From contig CBDBDQ010000005.1 in the NCBI GenBank assembly GCA_965203905.1, positions 7,648,001 to 7,712,000 of the forward strand: a DNA stretch of 64,000 nucleotides, read 5' to 3'. A program made the translations under genes and the position numbers. The stretch comes from Spirochaetia bacterium. Lineage in GTDB: Bacteria > Spirochaetota > Spirochaetia > SZUA-6 > Bin103. The notes beneath the pieces were generated by a model. It did no database searches, was not told where the DNA came from, and worked only from the letters and a program-made list of their open reading frames with translations. Shown piece after piece: positions 22,796-31,932 of this stretch (the first letter of the stretch is position 1; each line of letters starts with the position of its first letter).

Positions 22796-23619
22796 ATGCG
22801 AGCGGGACGTGCGCTGTTGTTCTTCGACGACCAGTACCTGGATCGCCGCGATAACCTGGACCGCCGCCTCGGGCAGCCGGTTCCGGTGCCGGAGGGGAGC
22901 TACCGCGACCCCGACCTGGACCCGTCCTGGGGCTATCCCAGCGTGTTCTTCGAACCCGAGTCGGTGCGCTGGTGCTGCCTCTATCAGGCGCAGCTCCCGC
23001 GCAGCTACGTCCTCCCCAAGGGCAACGCCATGCGCCACCTGCCGCTGATAGTCGAGAGCGACGATGGCGTACACTGGCACCCACCCGACCTGACCTCCGC
23101 GGTACCGATGGAGGATCGGCTGCGCCCGCACCAGGTGATACCGCTGTCCAGCGTCGGGGAGTGGGGGCCCTGTTTCTACGACGACCGGGCCGACAACCCG
23201 GACGAGCGCCTCAAGGCGTTCGTCAGCTTCCGCCATGGAACCGTCTACCTGGAGCCGCCCGGCGGGCCGGCTCGCTTACCACGCGCACGCTGTACCTGCG
23301 CGGCGACCGCCTGACGATCAACGTGCAGGCTCCCCACGGCCGCATCCGGGTGCAGGTCACCGGCCCCGACAGCCGCCCGCTGGACGGTTACGGCTATGAC
23401 GACTGCGCCGGCTTCACCGGCGACTCCCAGGCATGGGAGCCGGTGTGGCGCGGCGGCCGCACCATCGGCGCGCTCAAGGATCAGGTCATTCGCCTGGAGG
23501 TGGAGCTGTCCAACGGCCGCCTCTTTGCGCTGCGCGGCGACCTGCACCCGGCCGTACCGATTGCGGTCCGCGACTGGCAGGAAACCGGCTCCGCCCCGAC
23601 GACGCTGCAGGAAGCCTGA
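22796..23619 (+). pseudogene. Beta-propeller glycosidase-like hypothetical protein, internally deleted or frameshifted
   Basis: LFFDD, ESDDGVHW N-terminal half; GSLTTR...LTINV...GYGYDDC...FTGDS C-terminal half in another frame. Confidence 0.55.
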
Positions 23620-23658
23620 GCGGAGTCCGCCGCACGCCGCGCACGTTAGAGTTAAACC

Positions 23659-24146
23659 ATAGTGTCCCTAGCCGGACGGGTATGTCAAAAATACTGCTGG
23701 TCCTGGGGTATCAGGAGGCATCGGCAGCTCGAGAATAACGAGAAGCGCTGTTATTGGTGTAAAAGAGAATGCCTATTTTTTTGGCGGCGGAGTCGATTGG
23801 CAGCTCGAGATGGAGAGCATTTATCCGACATGTCCTGCCCAATATTATGCCTATCATATTCGTCATACTTAGCATCAACATCGGGGGCGTGATCCTGAGT
23901 GCGGCTTCTCTGAGCTTCCTCGGATACGGTCTGCCAGCCGAGATTCCTGAGTTGGGACGTCTGCTCAGCCGGGACGGGCGTCAGTACATGGAGATGGCCC
24001 CATGGATGGCTCTCTGGCCCGGGCTTTGCCTGACTGTTGTCGTATACTGTCTCAACATGTTCGGCGACGCCGTGCGGGATCTGCTCGACCCGAGGTTGCG
24101 CGGTGGCGGCGGTCGTCTCGCTGGCAGCGGCGCCGCGTCTGTTTGA
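23659..24146 (+). pseudogene. DppC/OppC-type permease, 3' half only
   Basis: GGIGSSRITRSAVIGVKENAYFLAAE...RHVLPNIMP...NMFGDAVRDLLDPRLRG; frameshifts, no 5' half. Confidence 0.8.
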
Positions 24147-24652
24147 GAGAGTGCGCGTGCGCTCTGCACCCGGTATCACGCCGGAGGAACGGTGATCTCC
24201 ACCCGTGGCAGCCTCCCTGCAGCCACCGCTGGCATGTAGCTCCCGGCCCGCGACAGGGACGTCGTGGGCTGGGAGCCCGGTGGCTATGGCTAATCTCGAT
24301 CCACTGCGCGAGTCAGAGCTGCACCGGCTGTCTAAAATGGCCTTCGCACTTCGGAAGTAACATCCGCGTCCTATTCCGGAGGCGCGCCCGACCAGGTCGG
24401 CGAGCGCCGGGCGGTGGATAGGCGTGACCTGGCCGGTCAACTCGAAGCGGCGCCAGGCACCGTACTGTCGGCGCATCATCGGGCACCGCAGACCGAGTCG
24501 GCGAAGTGCACAGGTAACTCATCACACGACTGACGCGTCGTCCCACCACTCCTTGTCCACTTCCGTCGTCCGACGATTTCAGGAGCCGTGCGCCTTTCTG
24601 CGTAGAAGCTGGGAATCGTAGTCTCAACGTACACGCGTGGTTTGCTCGCGGC

Positions 24653-24711
24653 TAAGCATTACCTGACAACAACACCTCTCGTCGCGGGTCGAGCAGGTCG
24701 CGTGCCGCGTC
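24653..24711 (-). pseudogene. DppC C-terminal micro-fragment
   Basis: Encodes DAARDLLDPR. Confidence 0.5.
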
Positions 24712-24802
24712 GATCAGACGCAGGTGGACCAGTGGCACGATTGGCGTCGGTGGTCACCCCGTAGCGGGTTGATCAGTCGGGCCAGGAGGCGGCTCGGTTA
24801 CG

Positions 24803-25732
24803 TTAGCGTTTCGTTTTCGCGGTGCCGTAACTGCCGTCTCCGCCGCGCAGCCGGGGGTCGAGCAGGTCCCTGAGGGCATCGCCGAACATGTTGAGACTGT
24901 ACACGACAATCGTCAGGAACAACCCCGGCCAGAGCGCCAGCCAGGGCGCCTGCTCCATGTACTGTCGCCCTTCCGTGCTGAGCAGGCTGCCCCAGTCGGG
25001 ACTCCCGGGGGGCAGACCGAAGCCGAGGAAACTCAGCGAAGCCAGGCTCAGGATGTGGCCTCCGATGCTGATGCTGAAAACGATGATCACGACCGGCATG
25101 ATATTGGGCACGACATGCCGGACCAGGGTTCTGACCTTGGGCTTGCCAATCGCCTCCGCCGCCAGAAAATAGTCATTCTCCTTGATCGCGATCACGGCGC
25201 TCCTGATTACTCGCGAGCCGCCGATGCCGCCGCTTATCCCCATGACCAGTATGATCTGTGGTATACCCGGCCCCACTATCGACATTATGGTCAACAGCAG
25301 CAGCAGGCCCGGAAAGACTATCCAGGCATCGACAAACCTCTGCACCAAGATGTCGAACTTGCCACCGAGGAATCCGGAAGTGCCGCCGATCAGGGTACTG
25401 ATCACCGTACTCAGAGCGGTGATGGAAAGACCGATCAGTATCGAAAGACGACCCCCCAGGATCAGGCGGCTCAGGAAGTCTCGGCCGACGTGGTCTGTCC
25501 CCAGGAGATACTGGGCGGATGAGCCCTGAAACCGGTCTCGCAAGTGGATTTCGGAAGGGGGGTAGGGGGTCAGCGCATCGGCGAAGATCGCCACCAGGAT
25601 CCAGATCAGGATGATCAACCCGCCGAACGCCCCCAGGGGCTTCTCCTTGACCAGCCGGACAAGGAACTCGGTCAGTCGGCCAAATCGTTTGGGCTCACCG
25701 ACGGCGGCTGGCACCGCTGTGGCATGGCGCAT
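24803..25732 (-). CDS. Peptide/nickel ABC transporter permease (DppC/OppC-type)
   Basis: LGTDHVGRD, RHVVPN, GDALRDLLDPR. Confidence 0.92.
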   Translation of the reverse strand: MRHATAVPAAVGEPKRFGRLTEFLVRLVKEKPLGAFGGLIILIWILVAIFADALTPYPPSEIHLRDRFQGSSAQYLLGTDHVGRDFLSRLILGGRLSILIGLSITALSTVISTLIGGTSGFLGGKFDILVQRFVDAWIVFPGLLLLLTIMSIVGPGIPQIILVMGISGGIGGSRVIRSAVIAIKENDYFLAAEAIGKPKVRTLVRHVVPNIMPVVIIVFSISIGGHILSLASLSFLGFGLPPGSPDWGSLLSTEGRQYMEQAPWLALWPGLFLTIVVYSLNMFGDALRDLLDPRLRGGDGSYGTAKTKR

Positions 25733-25755
25733 TGTTATGCTTTTCTCACCAACCA

Positions 25756-26721
25756 CTATCTATACCGCACCCTGGGGTCCAAGTAGGGATACATCAGGTC
25801 GGTCATGAGAATGCTCACCATCACTATGGAGGCGTAGAACATGTTGACTCCGGACACCACCGGGTAGTCTCGGAGTTGCAGCGCATTCAGCAGGAGGCGG
25901 CCGATCCCCGGCAGGTTGAAGATGTGCTCCATGATCACCGAGCCTCCGATCAGGAGCGGCAACTGCATGCCGATCAGGGTCACGACCGGGATCAGCGCAT
26001 TCTTGATGGCGTGTCTCACAACCACCACCCGCTCGGTGAGCCCCTTGGACCAGGCGGTGCGGACATAATCCAGCCGGAGCACTTCCAGCATCGTGGTGCG
26101 CATCATCCGCATGGTGCTGGCAGAAGCGGCCGTCCCCAGAATCAGGCTGGGGATGAGGAGCACGCCGAGATTGCCCAGCGGGTCTTCGCTGAGCGGAACC
26201 CACCTCATCGGGGGCGACCAGCCCCACCAGATGGCAGGGAAGATCATCACCATCAGGGCCAGCCAGAAGTTGGGCGCGGCCAGACCGAGGATGGCGAGGG
26301 AGCGCCCGGCGTAGTCGGCGACGCTATCCTGGCGCACCGCCGAATAGATGCCGACCGGCAGCGCGATCACCAACCCGATGACGATGGCCAGGATACCCAG
26401 TTCCAGGGTGACCGGCAGTCTCTCGATGATCCCCTTCTCCACCGGCCAATTCCCCATCAGTGACGTGCCAAGGCTGCCGTGCAGGAAAATACCTCCCATC
26501 CAGCGTCCATACTGCACCCAGACCGGCACGTCCAGTCCCAGCATGCGCTCCAGCGTTTCCCGGTCGAACCCCTCCCCGGTACCGCCGGCCACCACCGTCA
26601 TTGACTCCATGACGTCGATCACGTCACCGGGGATGAAGCGCACCGAGAGAAACACGATGATGCTCAGCAAGAACAGGGTGGGGATGATCAGTAATAGTCG
26701 CCTGATGATATAGGCTCTCAT
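25756..26721 (-). CDS. Peptide/nickel ABC transporter permease (DppB/OppB-type)
   Basis: MRAYIIRRLL, DYVRTAWSKGL, RHAIKNALIP, LDPRVRY. Confidence 0.92.
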   Translation of the reverse strand: MRAYIIRRLLLIIPTLFLLSIIVFLSVRFIPGDVIDVMESMTVVAGGTGEGFDRETLERMLGLDVPVWVQYGRWMGGIFLHGSLGTSLMGNWPVEKGIIERLPVTLELGILAIVIGLVIALPVGIYSAVRQDSVADYAGRSLAILGLAAPNFWLALMVMIFPAIWWGWSPPMRWVPLSEDPLGNLGVLLIPSLILGTAASASTMRMMRTTMLEVLRLDYVRTAWSKGLTERVVVVRHAIKNALIPVVTLIGMQLPLLIGGSVIMEHIFNLPGIGRLLLNALQLRDYPVVSGVNMFYASIVMVSILMTDLMYPYLDPRVRYR

Positions 26722-26752
26722 CTCGCACACCTCATCGCGGCGTAATCCCGAA

Positions 26753-26800
26753 GTGGACCGGGGCAGGCAGGCAGTATTGCTGCGCTGCTGCCCGGTCCAC
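26753..26800 (-). terminator. Intercistronic stem-loop between SBP and dppB
   Basis: GTGGACCGGGGCAG...CTGCCCGGTCCAC inverted repeat, no U-tract. Confidence 0.55.
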
Positions 26801-26822
26801 GTGCCTACTTCCAGTCGGCCTG

Positions 26823-28616
26823 CTACTGGCTCATGGCCTTCAAGTCCTGGTCAATCCAGAGACGGGCGTAGATGGGAGCGCTGTTGCACTGGTTGCACAA
26901 CTCGCCTTCACCGTTGTAACCGATGACCCATGGCTGCGCCGCGGTGAACTGCGGGATCTTGGGACCCCATATGATCTCGTGCTTCTCTATCATGAGCATG
27001 TCGCACTCTTTGACCAGCCGCGCCTCCTCCTCATAGGTGGTGGCGGCGACGATCGCTTCATGCAATGCCGTTTGCGCCGGATCATCCGGAACCAACATGT
27101 AATGCGTCGCATTCGTGTAGCACATGCCGGCAGGGGGATAGTCCAGGCCCAAGAACCCCATCGATAACCCGGGCCAAGTCGCTTCCCTGGCATGGACCAT
27201 CCACGTAGGATGGTCCATTGGGTCCTTCTCCGCGGCAATGCCAACCTCGGCCAGATAGGCAATGACGATGTCGTAATAGCCCGAATCGTGGTAGGAACCG
27301 ACGAATACCATGGGCAGCTCGAATCTCGTGCCGTCCTCGCCGCGCGGATACCCCGCCTCGTCGAGCAGCCGTTCGGCACCCTCCGGGTCGTAGCGCCAGT
27401 ACTGCTTGATCTCCTCGGGCCACTCTTCGAACGGGTTGTTGTACCCGCCGAGGATACCGTCTCCGATGCGCCCCTGGGGCTCCCACTTGCCATGACCCCT
27501 GAAGTAGGTCTCGTTGACGGTCTCAAGATCCAGGGCCATCTGTATGGCGTGCCGCACCCGGATGTCGTCGGTGGGCGAGGGCACGAACGGATTGTACGCC
27601 CGGTAACTGTAGTTCGACCGATAATCCCACGGGTAGAGCCTGATTTCGGGGTTGGTCTCCGCCAGGCTTTCCGCCATTTCGACATTGGCAAAGGCAGCCG
27701 CCGTGATGAGCATGTCAAGCTTGCCCGAACGCAGTGCCGCGGCGACGGTTGCCGGTTCCCGAATGATCAGGTTCGTCAACTCGTCGGTATAGGGCAAGCG
27801 GTTCTCGGGGTACTTCTCGTCGGTGCCCCAGTAGTTGGGATTCCTGGTGTAGGTTATCGAGCTCTCCTCGACCCAGTCCGTTATCTCATAGGGCCCGGTG
27901 CCCACCAGGTTCTGCCAGTCCGCTCTGTTGATGTTGCCGTCTCGCTTGATTACCTCCGGGGGCATCATGTGAGCATTGTTGGCGATCTTCAACGGCCCAT
28001 CGAGGATTGGATGCCGCAACTTGAACACCACCGTCCTCTGGTCGGGGGCCGTTACCGACTCGAGCGGCAGGGCCGCGCTGCGCCCCCCCGTATAGCTAGG
28101 GCTCGGTTCGCTAAAGCCACTGCCCAGACCGAGAAAACGGTGATAGTTGAATACGATGTCATCGGCAGTCAGCTTCCGACCGTTCATCGGTTCCTTGTCG
28201 TGCCAGTGAACGCCCTCGCGGATGCGGAATACGTAGGTCAGCGGGTCGGAAACGTCCCAGCTCTCCGCGAGCTGACCGGTCAGGACAGAGGTCGGCAGAT
28301 ACACCGGCGCAAAGTCGAACGTGTCCCGGCTTATTCCCCAGTCCGCGATGGCGAGCGTCTCGTTGACGCCGCCGATGAAATACGCCGCCCCGCAGCAATA
28401 GGCTGCGTCTATCGAGTTCTCTGCATATCCCGGCTGGGAATAGGTAATTGTTCCGCCGTATTGTGGCGCCGTCACCATCTTTCCGGTGGTGGGGTCGGTC
28501 ACCATTTCCTTCTCGGCGGCGGCCGCCGGTGCCTCTTCGCTGGCAGCGGCCCAGAGGCCGGTCGCGGTCAGAACGAGAACCAGCGCAACCGCGAAGGTCT
28601 TTGTTGCAATGTGCAT
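26823..28616 (-). CDS. Peptide/nickel ABC substrate-binding protein (SBP family 5)
   Basis: Signal peptide, LAESW, GTGPY, NPNYW, RVRHAIQMALD, LLDEAGY. Confidence 0.92.
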   Translation of the reverse strand: MHIATKTFAVALVLVLTATGLWAAASEEAPAAAAEKEMVTDPTTGKMVTAPQYGGTITYSQPGYAENSIDAAYCCGAAYFIGGVNETLAIADWGISRDTFDFAPVYLPTSVLTGQLAESWDVSDPLTYVFRIREGVHWHDKEPMNGRKLTADDIVFNYHRFLGLGSGFSEPSPSYTGGRSAALPLESVTAPDQRTVVFKLRHPILDGPLKIANNAHMMPPEVIKRDGNINRADWQNLVGTGPYEITDWVEESSITYTRNPNYWGTDEKYPENRLPYTDELTNLIIREPATVAAALRSGKLDMLITAAAFANVEMAESLAETNPEIRLYPWDYRSNYSYRAYNPFVPSPTDDIRVRHAIQMALDLETVNETYFRGHGKWEPQGRIGDGILGGYNNPFEEWPEEIKQYWRYDPEGAERLLDEAGYPRGEDGTRFELPMVFVGSYHDSGYYDIVIAYLAEVGIAAEKDPMDHPTWMVHAREATWPGLSMGFLGLDYPPAGMCYTNATHYMLVPDDPAQTALHEAIVAATTYEEEARLVKECDMLMIEKHEIIWGPKIPQFTAAQPWVIGYNGEGELCNQCNSAPIYARLWIDQDLKAMSQ

Positions 28617-28825
28617 AACTCACTCCAGGTGTTTGATTCTGAGAGTAGTGCGTAGCGAATTGCCGCACCCTGCGCTCTCAGCGCCCGCAACGCGGGCGGC
28701 AAACAGAGACGACAATGTGAATCTGTGTAGCGTGAGGCTGTGTCGCGCGCGGCGTGCGACTCATGGATTTACGCCGCGCGCGCGTGTGGTTCTTTGAGTA
28801 TCAATCTGCACCACCTGTGCGCCGG
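28617..28825 (-). ncRNA. Candidate structured cis-regulatory leader RNA, copy 1
   Basis: Stems and blocks shared with 39535..39736: GCGCGCGGCGT/ACGCCGCGCGC, GCCGCCCGCGTTGCGGGCG, TGAGAG/CTCTCA. Confidence 0.55.
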
Positions 28826-29003
28826 GTTGACCGGCAGGGCCGGCGGTCGGTTCAGCGACGGTGAGTCGGGGAACGGGGTGCCAAGACGGTTGCGGTGGTC
28901 GATGAACGAACGTGGACTGAGCCGACGCCACACGGAGCCGGCGGCTTGCCAGGCGCTGAAGGCGAAGGCGCCCGCAAGGCGAGCAACCCGTGCGGTTAGT
29001 GAT

Positions 29004-29102
29004 CTACGGGATGTACGAAAGTCCCAGGGGGGGGGATGTACCGGCGGCGTCACCGGCAAACCGGTCACTGCGCTGGCTGTCGTCGTGCCGCATCATCAGC
29101 AT
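29004..29102 (-). CDS. Putative leader peptide (32 aa) with C9 tract, copy 1
   Basis: MLMMRHDDSQRSDRFAGDAAGTSPPLGLSYIP; GGGGA upstream; homologous to 39254..39376. Confidence 0.45.
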   Translation of the reverse strand: MLMMRHDDSQRSDRFAGDAAGTSPPLGLSYIP

Positions 29103-29123
29103 CCGTCGATCCCCGACGATTGG

Positions 29124-29152
29124 ATTCTCCCATGCCGGTGGCAGACTGTCAA
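29124..29152 (-). promoter_or_regulatory. Sigma70-like promoter for SBP operon 1
   Basis: TTGACA-17-GAGAAT with extended TG; positionally conserved with 39206..39233. Confidence 0.55.
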
Positions 29153-29297
29153 CTGCACCGGCACCGCACCGGCACCGGCACCGGCGTGCGCGGCGTGAGG
29201 GCCGATGGGATTCGTCGTGTGATAGTGTCGTATAGTGTCGGTGTTCTTCGAGGCGGCCGCACCGGCAGCCGGGTTGCCAACGAGGAGGGTTCACCGC

Positions 29298-29705
29298 GTG
29301 CCTGCTGAACTGGAGACGATCATCGAGGTGCTGGAGTCGGATTGCGATCGGCTCGGGCATCTGAACCACGTGCAAGCGGTCAGGATGCTGGAGCGTGCGC
29401 GCGGCCACTGGTACGCCGCCAACGGCCTGCGCGACGCCGGCAGGAACTACGTCCCGGTGGTGGTCAACATCAACTACAACTATCGCCGCGAGTGTTTCCT
29501 CGGCGAGCGCCTGCGCGTCATGACGCGGGCGCAGAGACCGGGGCGCAAGAGCTTTACCCTCGGCCACGAGATCATCAAGCCGGACGGCGCCATTGCGCTC
29601 CAGGGAGCGGCCACGAGCGTGATCATGGACCTGGACACGCGGGTGATCGTTACCGTACCCGAGTGCGTGGCCAGCCAGTTGCCGGCGCCGGAGGCGGCGG
29701 AGTGA
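29298..29705 (+). CDS. Acyl-CoA thioesterase (4HBT/FadM-like), copy 1
   Basis: DCDRLGHLNH hot-dog motif; GAGGAGG RBS. Confidence 0.85.
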   Translation: MPAELETIIEVLESDCDRLGHLNHVQAVRMLERARGHWYAANGLRDAGRNYVPVVVNINYNYRRECFLGERLRVMTRAQRPGRKSFTLGHEIIKPDGAIALQGAATSVIMDLDTRVIVTVPECVASQLPAPEAAE

Positions 29706-29909
29706 GTCAGGCGCGCCGGGCGGCAGCCGCGGACGAACGCGAGTACCTCGCCACGGTAGCCGGGCTGGTCGAGCAGGCCTGGCCAGCCGGTGTGCCACGC
29801 GAGGTCCGCTACCCGCTCGGCGAGATCCCGGTGACCGAGCATCTGCGCCACGCCGCTCGCGCGACACCCGACAAGGCGTGCGTCGTCTACTACGGCTATC
29901 GGCTCACCT
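29702..29909 (+). pseudogene. Truncated 5' end of an acyl-CoA ligase (duplicate of 31929..)
   Basis: Near-identical to 31929-32135, breaks after YYGYRLT. Confidence 0.85.
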
Positions 29910-29911
29910 CC

Positions 29912-30286
29912 GCCCCGCGTCGATCGCCGCCAGGGCGTGGCTCAACCCAGCGCGCGGGTCGCCGGTGGCCTCCACCAGCAACGTCGATGCCGCCGGTAGC
30001 GATCACGCGCACGGCATCGTCGCCCAGGTAGGTGCGCCCGTGGTCGCGCGCGGCCGCGGTCGACGGCGCGGCCAACTGCTCCGCGTCCTAGCCGGCGTCG
30101 GCCAGCAGCCCCCGCACCTTGGGCAGGTTGCGGTCGGCGATCGCTACCACGTACAGGCCCGGGGGCGCGCCGCGCCTGCGCCAGGAACATCGACCCGAAC
30201 TTGCCCGCCCCGATCAGCCCCACCCGCACCGGCCGCCCCTCGGCCGCCCGCCGCTCCAGGCCGCGCGCCAGATTCACCAGATTCAC
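29912..30286 (-). pseudogene. N-terminal fragment of an NAD(P)-dependent oxidoreductase (homoserine dehydrogenase/SAF type)
   Basis: RPVRVGLIGAGKFGSMFLAQ, then frameshifts and truncation. Confidence 0.7.
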
Positions 30287-30434
30287 CGCCGCACCTCCCC
30301 GGTCATCGGTATTGGTCAGTATTGTAGTGGGCCTGCGCCGTGAGCGCCGGCGGGATTCACCGTGTGATAAGGCTTGGCACCGCTGACGAATCGATCCATA
30401 CTTATCAACCGTCCGACCAGTGCGCAGGGGAGAT

Positions 30435-30776
30435 ATGGATCTAGGGAACGAAACGGAACGGAGTCTTGTTGAGCTGAATGTGGAGCTGTCCCGTAGCGGT
30501 GACCCTGCCCGCGTCCGCTATATGGTGATCGAGCCTGATCCGGATTGGGACGGCGAGTGGATGGTGACGACGGTCTGGGAACTTCCGCCGCCGGATCCGG
30601 GACGTGAGGTGTGGCCGCATCACAAGCTCATGGAGTACGAGCAGATGCTGGCGGATCGATTGGTCGGAGTCGCCAGTACATCATGTTTGTTCCGTACCGC
30701 GAAAACCGTTGCCAAAGCATTCCGAAATGCCCGAGCTGTTCCTGAGGGTGCCGAAAAAGTCCCGGAGAGCCGGTGA
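30435..30776 (+). CDS. Hypothetical protein, possible degenerate nucleotidyltransferase-like antitoxin
   Basis: GGGGAG RBS; acidic DPDWDGE motif; 4-nt overlap with the HEPN gene. Confidence 0.55.
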   Translation: MDLGNETERSLVELNVELSRSGDPARVRYMVIEPDPDWDGEWMVTTVWELPPPDPGREVWPHHKLMEYEQMLADRLVGVASTSCLFRTAKTVAKAFRNARAVPEGAEKVPESR

Positions 30777-31258
30777 CACCGGAGGGGCTCCTCGAAGCCG
30801 CCGAGGCATTGGTTCCCCCAGGACGGGGCCGGCCATCGCGGGCACGCATTCGCCGCTCGATCTCCACGGCCTACTACGCTTTATTCACCGCATTCACGGC
30901 AGAGGTCGCCCGGCCCTACCGGCGAAACGTGAAAGCTACCGCTCGCAGATTGGTCGAGCACGGCAAGGCCCGCTCAGTTTGCGAGACTCTCAAAGGCAAT
31001 AACCGTTGCGACGGAAACTTGCAAGAGTTTGCGAAGCGATTCGTGCTCTTGTATCTGGGTCGTCAGCGTGCCGACTACGACCACACGTACGAACCGGACA
31101 AGAGCGATGCCCAGGAGGCGATCGAGCTCGCACGGTACGGTATCGATTACTTGTCAGGGGCCCGAACCACGAGTCCCGATCAGGTGCAGATGATGTGTGT
31201 CATCACCATCGCCGGTAATACGCAACGCAAACACATGGCGCGACAATCGGGCCGCTGA
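30773..31258 (+). CDS. HEPN-domain protein
   Basis: RRSISTAYYALF and RQRADYD motifs. Confidence 0.72.
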   Translation: MTPEGLLEAAEALVPPGRGRPSRARIRRSISTAYYALFTAFTAEVARPYRRNVKATARRLVEHGKARSVCETLKGNNRCDGNLQEFAKRFVLLYLGRQRADYDHTYEPDKSDAQEAIELARYGIDYLSGARTTSPDQVQMMCVITIAGNTQRKHMARQSGR

Positions 31259-31333
31259 GGAACGTCTACACAGGCGCTCGCGACCGATGCAGCTCCGCGC
31301 CGCTCCGCGATGAAAGCGACAGCCCCGTCGCCA

Positions 31334-31400
31334 TTGGGCAGGTTGCGGTCGGCGATCGCCACCACGTGCAGGCCCGGGGGGCGCCGCGCCTGCGCCAGGA
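31334..31400. repeat. Second copy of the 30119-30186 segment
   Basis: TTGGGCAGGTTGCGGTCGGCGATCGC...CGCCGCGCCTGCGCCAGGA occurs on both sides of the HEPN pair. Confidence 0.8.
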
Positions 31401-31524
31401 GATTCTGCTCAGCCGCGTGTGATGGCGGTCACGGCGAGCGCTGCGCTGCGTTGGGCTCGGCGGCGTGCCTTACATGGTCGCCGAGGCGATGGGTCGTGAT
31501 AGTATGTCGTACAGGATTCACTGC

Positions 31525-31932
31525 GTGCCTGCTGAACTGGAGACGATCATCGAGGTGCTGGAGTCGGATTGCGATCGGCTCGGGCATCTGAACCACGTGC
31601 AAGCGGTCAGGATGCTGGAGCGTGCACGCGGCCACTGGTACGCCGCCAACGGCCTGCGCGACGCCGGCAGGAACTACGTCCCGGTGGTGGTCAACATCAA
31701 CTACAACTATCGCCGCGAGTGTTTCCTCGGCGAGCGCCTGCGCGTCATGACGCGGGGCCAGAGGCTGGGGCGCAAGAGCTTTACCCTCGGCCACGAGATC
31801 ATCAAGCCGGACGGCACGATTGCGCTCCAGGGAGCGGCCACGAGCGTGATCATGGACCTGGACTCGCGGGTGATCGTTACCGTACCCGAGTGCGTGGCCA
31901 GCCACGTGCCGGCGCCGAAGGCGGCAGAGTGA
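31525..31932 (+). CDS. Acyl-CoA thioesterase, copy 2
   Basis: Near-identical to 29298..29705. Confidence 0.85.
   Translation: MPAELETIIEVLESDCDRLGHLNHVQAVRMLERARGHWYAANGLRDAGRNYVPVVVNINYNYRRECFLGERLRVMTRGQRLGRKSFTLGHEIIKPDGTIALQGAATSVIMDLDSRVIVTVPECVASHVPAPKAAE

Noticed and set aside
24147-24650. Unannotated 500-bp spacer
   Set aside because: No credible ORF, repeat or structure that I can support.
29153-29185. GCACCG-type short tandem repeats
   Set aside because: Low-complexity GC repeat with no spacers; not a CRISPR array.
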